A stretch of DNA of 56,825 nt, the filler included, from Platydemus manokwari (Eukaryota): assembly GCA_037951405.1 (NCBI GenBank). It is 5 parts of 5 records of this genome, joined end to end, with 100 filler letters (N's around TTAATTAATTAA, not from the genome) between each part and the next. Parts side by side here need not be neighbours in the genome. Positions count along the whole stretch, not along the records: positions 47,134 to 56,825 come from JBBMOY011217211.1; 4 more parts are not named here. The stretch is one strand, 5' to 3'. Position numbers and translations under genes: made by a program. The stretch's first letter is position 1; each line of letters starts with the position of its first letter. Under the pieces are notes generated by a model, which worked only from the letters and a program-made list of their open reading frames with translations, made no database searches and was not told the origin of the DNA. Positions 55,270 to 56,825 of the stretch are shown here, piece after piece.

Positions 55270-55850
55270 GTTAATGATTAATAAGTTGCATCATATCCGG
55301 TTTATGTCAAACGGTAATAAGTAATATGGAATTTCAGGTGTTATGTAGCTGGGGAAAATGATTTTTACTTTATAAGTTAAATAATTAAAAATATTTGTAA
55401 TTAGATCATGAAATTAACATTCTATTAACAAAGAATTTAATGCATTTATTATTTGGAATGATAAACGGTGCAGATAATGAACGAAATAAACCTGAACAAA
55501 AGAAACAAATAAAACTTAAAGATGATGAATAAAGTATACATATTATTCAAATAAAAGTTAAATATTTTAAAATTATGAATAAAGCGGGAATTTCTGAACA
55601 AGAATTCAAAAATATGATTATCCTAGAATTTTGAATGAGAAACAAGACTCGAGGTCATTAATGGGAACAGCGTAACAAATTAACCTCATAATTTTATTAT
55701 ATGGATTAAGAAAGTTATTAGCAGCTAAGAGAAGAAATATAATAATGTTTATATCTCAATAAATAGAATTTTAACAAAATTATAAGTTAAAATATATAAA
55801 GAAAGGAGAAAATCCTCCAAAGATGTTTTACCTAAATTTTTTATAAAAAA
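55270..55850 (+). pseudogene. Maverick/Polinton A32-like packaging ATPase relic
   Basis: CIISGLCQTVISN (degenerate Walker A, ~55287) and AAKRRNIIMFISQ (~55721; A32 'GRH.N...I..SQ'). Confidence 0.55.
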
Positions 55851-56825
55851 AATGGTGAGGAACATGAAATTAAAAAAGATTTATATTTTATTTATCCATC
55901 AGCAACAATAACAACTAATTTGAATAAATTCAATGATGTTGCTTTTGAATCTCAACAAACTTAAGATATAAAATTGAAATTGAATTAAAGGAAAAAATGG
56001 AAAATATGGTCCAAGTTAAACATAATATAACTTTAGAAAATAATTTCTTTTCAATTTTTTTTAACTCGTAAGATTAAAATTAGAAACACATGAAATTAAA
56101 AATATTAAAAATTTTGGTTAAGTGTTTTAAAGCAGATAAATAAATCGGAGAATTAATAGGTTTGACGTCTGATAAAACTAAAGAAGATTCAAATAGGGAC
56201 AATAAAGGTTTTCAAAGAAGAAAGACTTTCTAAAATTTAAAAATCACATTCACAAGAATAACTCCTTTAACACAATTATCTAGATTTTTAGAAAGTTATA
56301 ATAGGCCGTTACATCTAATGATGATTAAGTTAGTTTTGAATAAAGACAAGAAAATAATTTACGGGATAAAAGGAGAAGGAAAATTAACTACTAAGTCATT
56401 AGAATTTTGTATCTCAGAGTTAACTTTAAATCCAGAGAATGAATTAAGTTTATTAGAAAGATTAAATACTGATAGACCTGTTCTAGTAAATTATTTAAAT
56501 AGAAAATCAAATTTTATCAATATTCCGATAGGATAAATATATAATTGATAAGTAGCCTTATTATAAAATAGATCGAGATATATATTAGTAGGATTTAAAG
56601 ATAAAATTGAACACACAAAAAATAACTCAAAATTTATTCAGATAATTGTTAATAGCAAAATTAAATCATTAAGAGTAAAATTAAGTAACTCAAAATGTCC
56701 AATGAATAAAATACAATTTGATATAACAAACAATAACCAATCATAACCTTAATTAGCTTATATCAATTGATGTAAGGAATTTAAAAACAAACTACAATTA
56801 AATATTTTAAATTTTCAAAAGTTAT
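55850..56825 (+). pseudogene. Maverick/adintovirus-like double-jelly-roll major capsid protein relic (runs off window)
   Basis: Ordered motifs YPSATITTNLN, NNFFSIFF..VRLKLETHEI...FG, NKGFQRR, TPLTQLSRFLESYNRPL..IKLVL, LNPENELSLLERL, RSRYILVGFKD, LRVKLSNSKCP. Stops and frameshifts throughout. Confidence 0.7.

Overview
AT-rich eukaryotic (invertebrate-like metazoan) genomic DNA. It consists of five contig pieces joined by artificial 100-nt linkers (44N-TTAATTAATTAA-44N), so adjacency across the linkers is not biological. Three genes can be reconstructed by hand, all with very short GT-AG introns (mostly ~30-60 nt). (1) A 12-exon V-ATPase subunit C gene (minus, 48812-51428), invisible to the ORF track. 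(2) An orphan rhodopsin-class GPCR (minus, 36797-37794) whose N-terminus is joined through a 32-nt intron. (3) A ~660-aa, 10-exon orphan protein (minus, 20808-24556) with a possible divergent HMG-box-like N-terminus and a 37-aa tandem repeat carrying P-[IM]-A-E-S-T motifs; this is the most unusual item in the window. Two further micro-exon gene candidates are weaker. The rest is largely decayed mobile DNA: many Penelope RT fragments with degenerate hammerhead-like cores, several Gypsy fragments, two NeSL/Utopia-like RLE non-LTR elements, a SPIN/Buster hAT transposase, a Tc2-type MITE, a 71-bp TTAA-flanked piggyBac-like micro-MITE, and a Maverick/adintovirus-like ATPase + major capsid relic at the right end. 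All family assignments come from motif recognition by eye; no searches were run, and relic boundaries are approximate.
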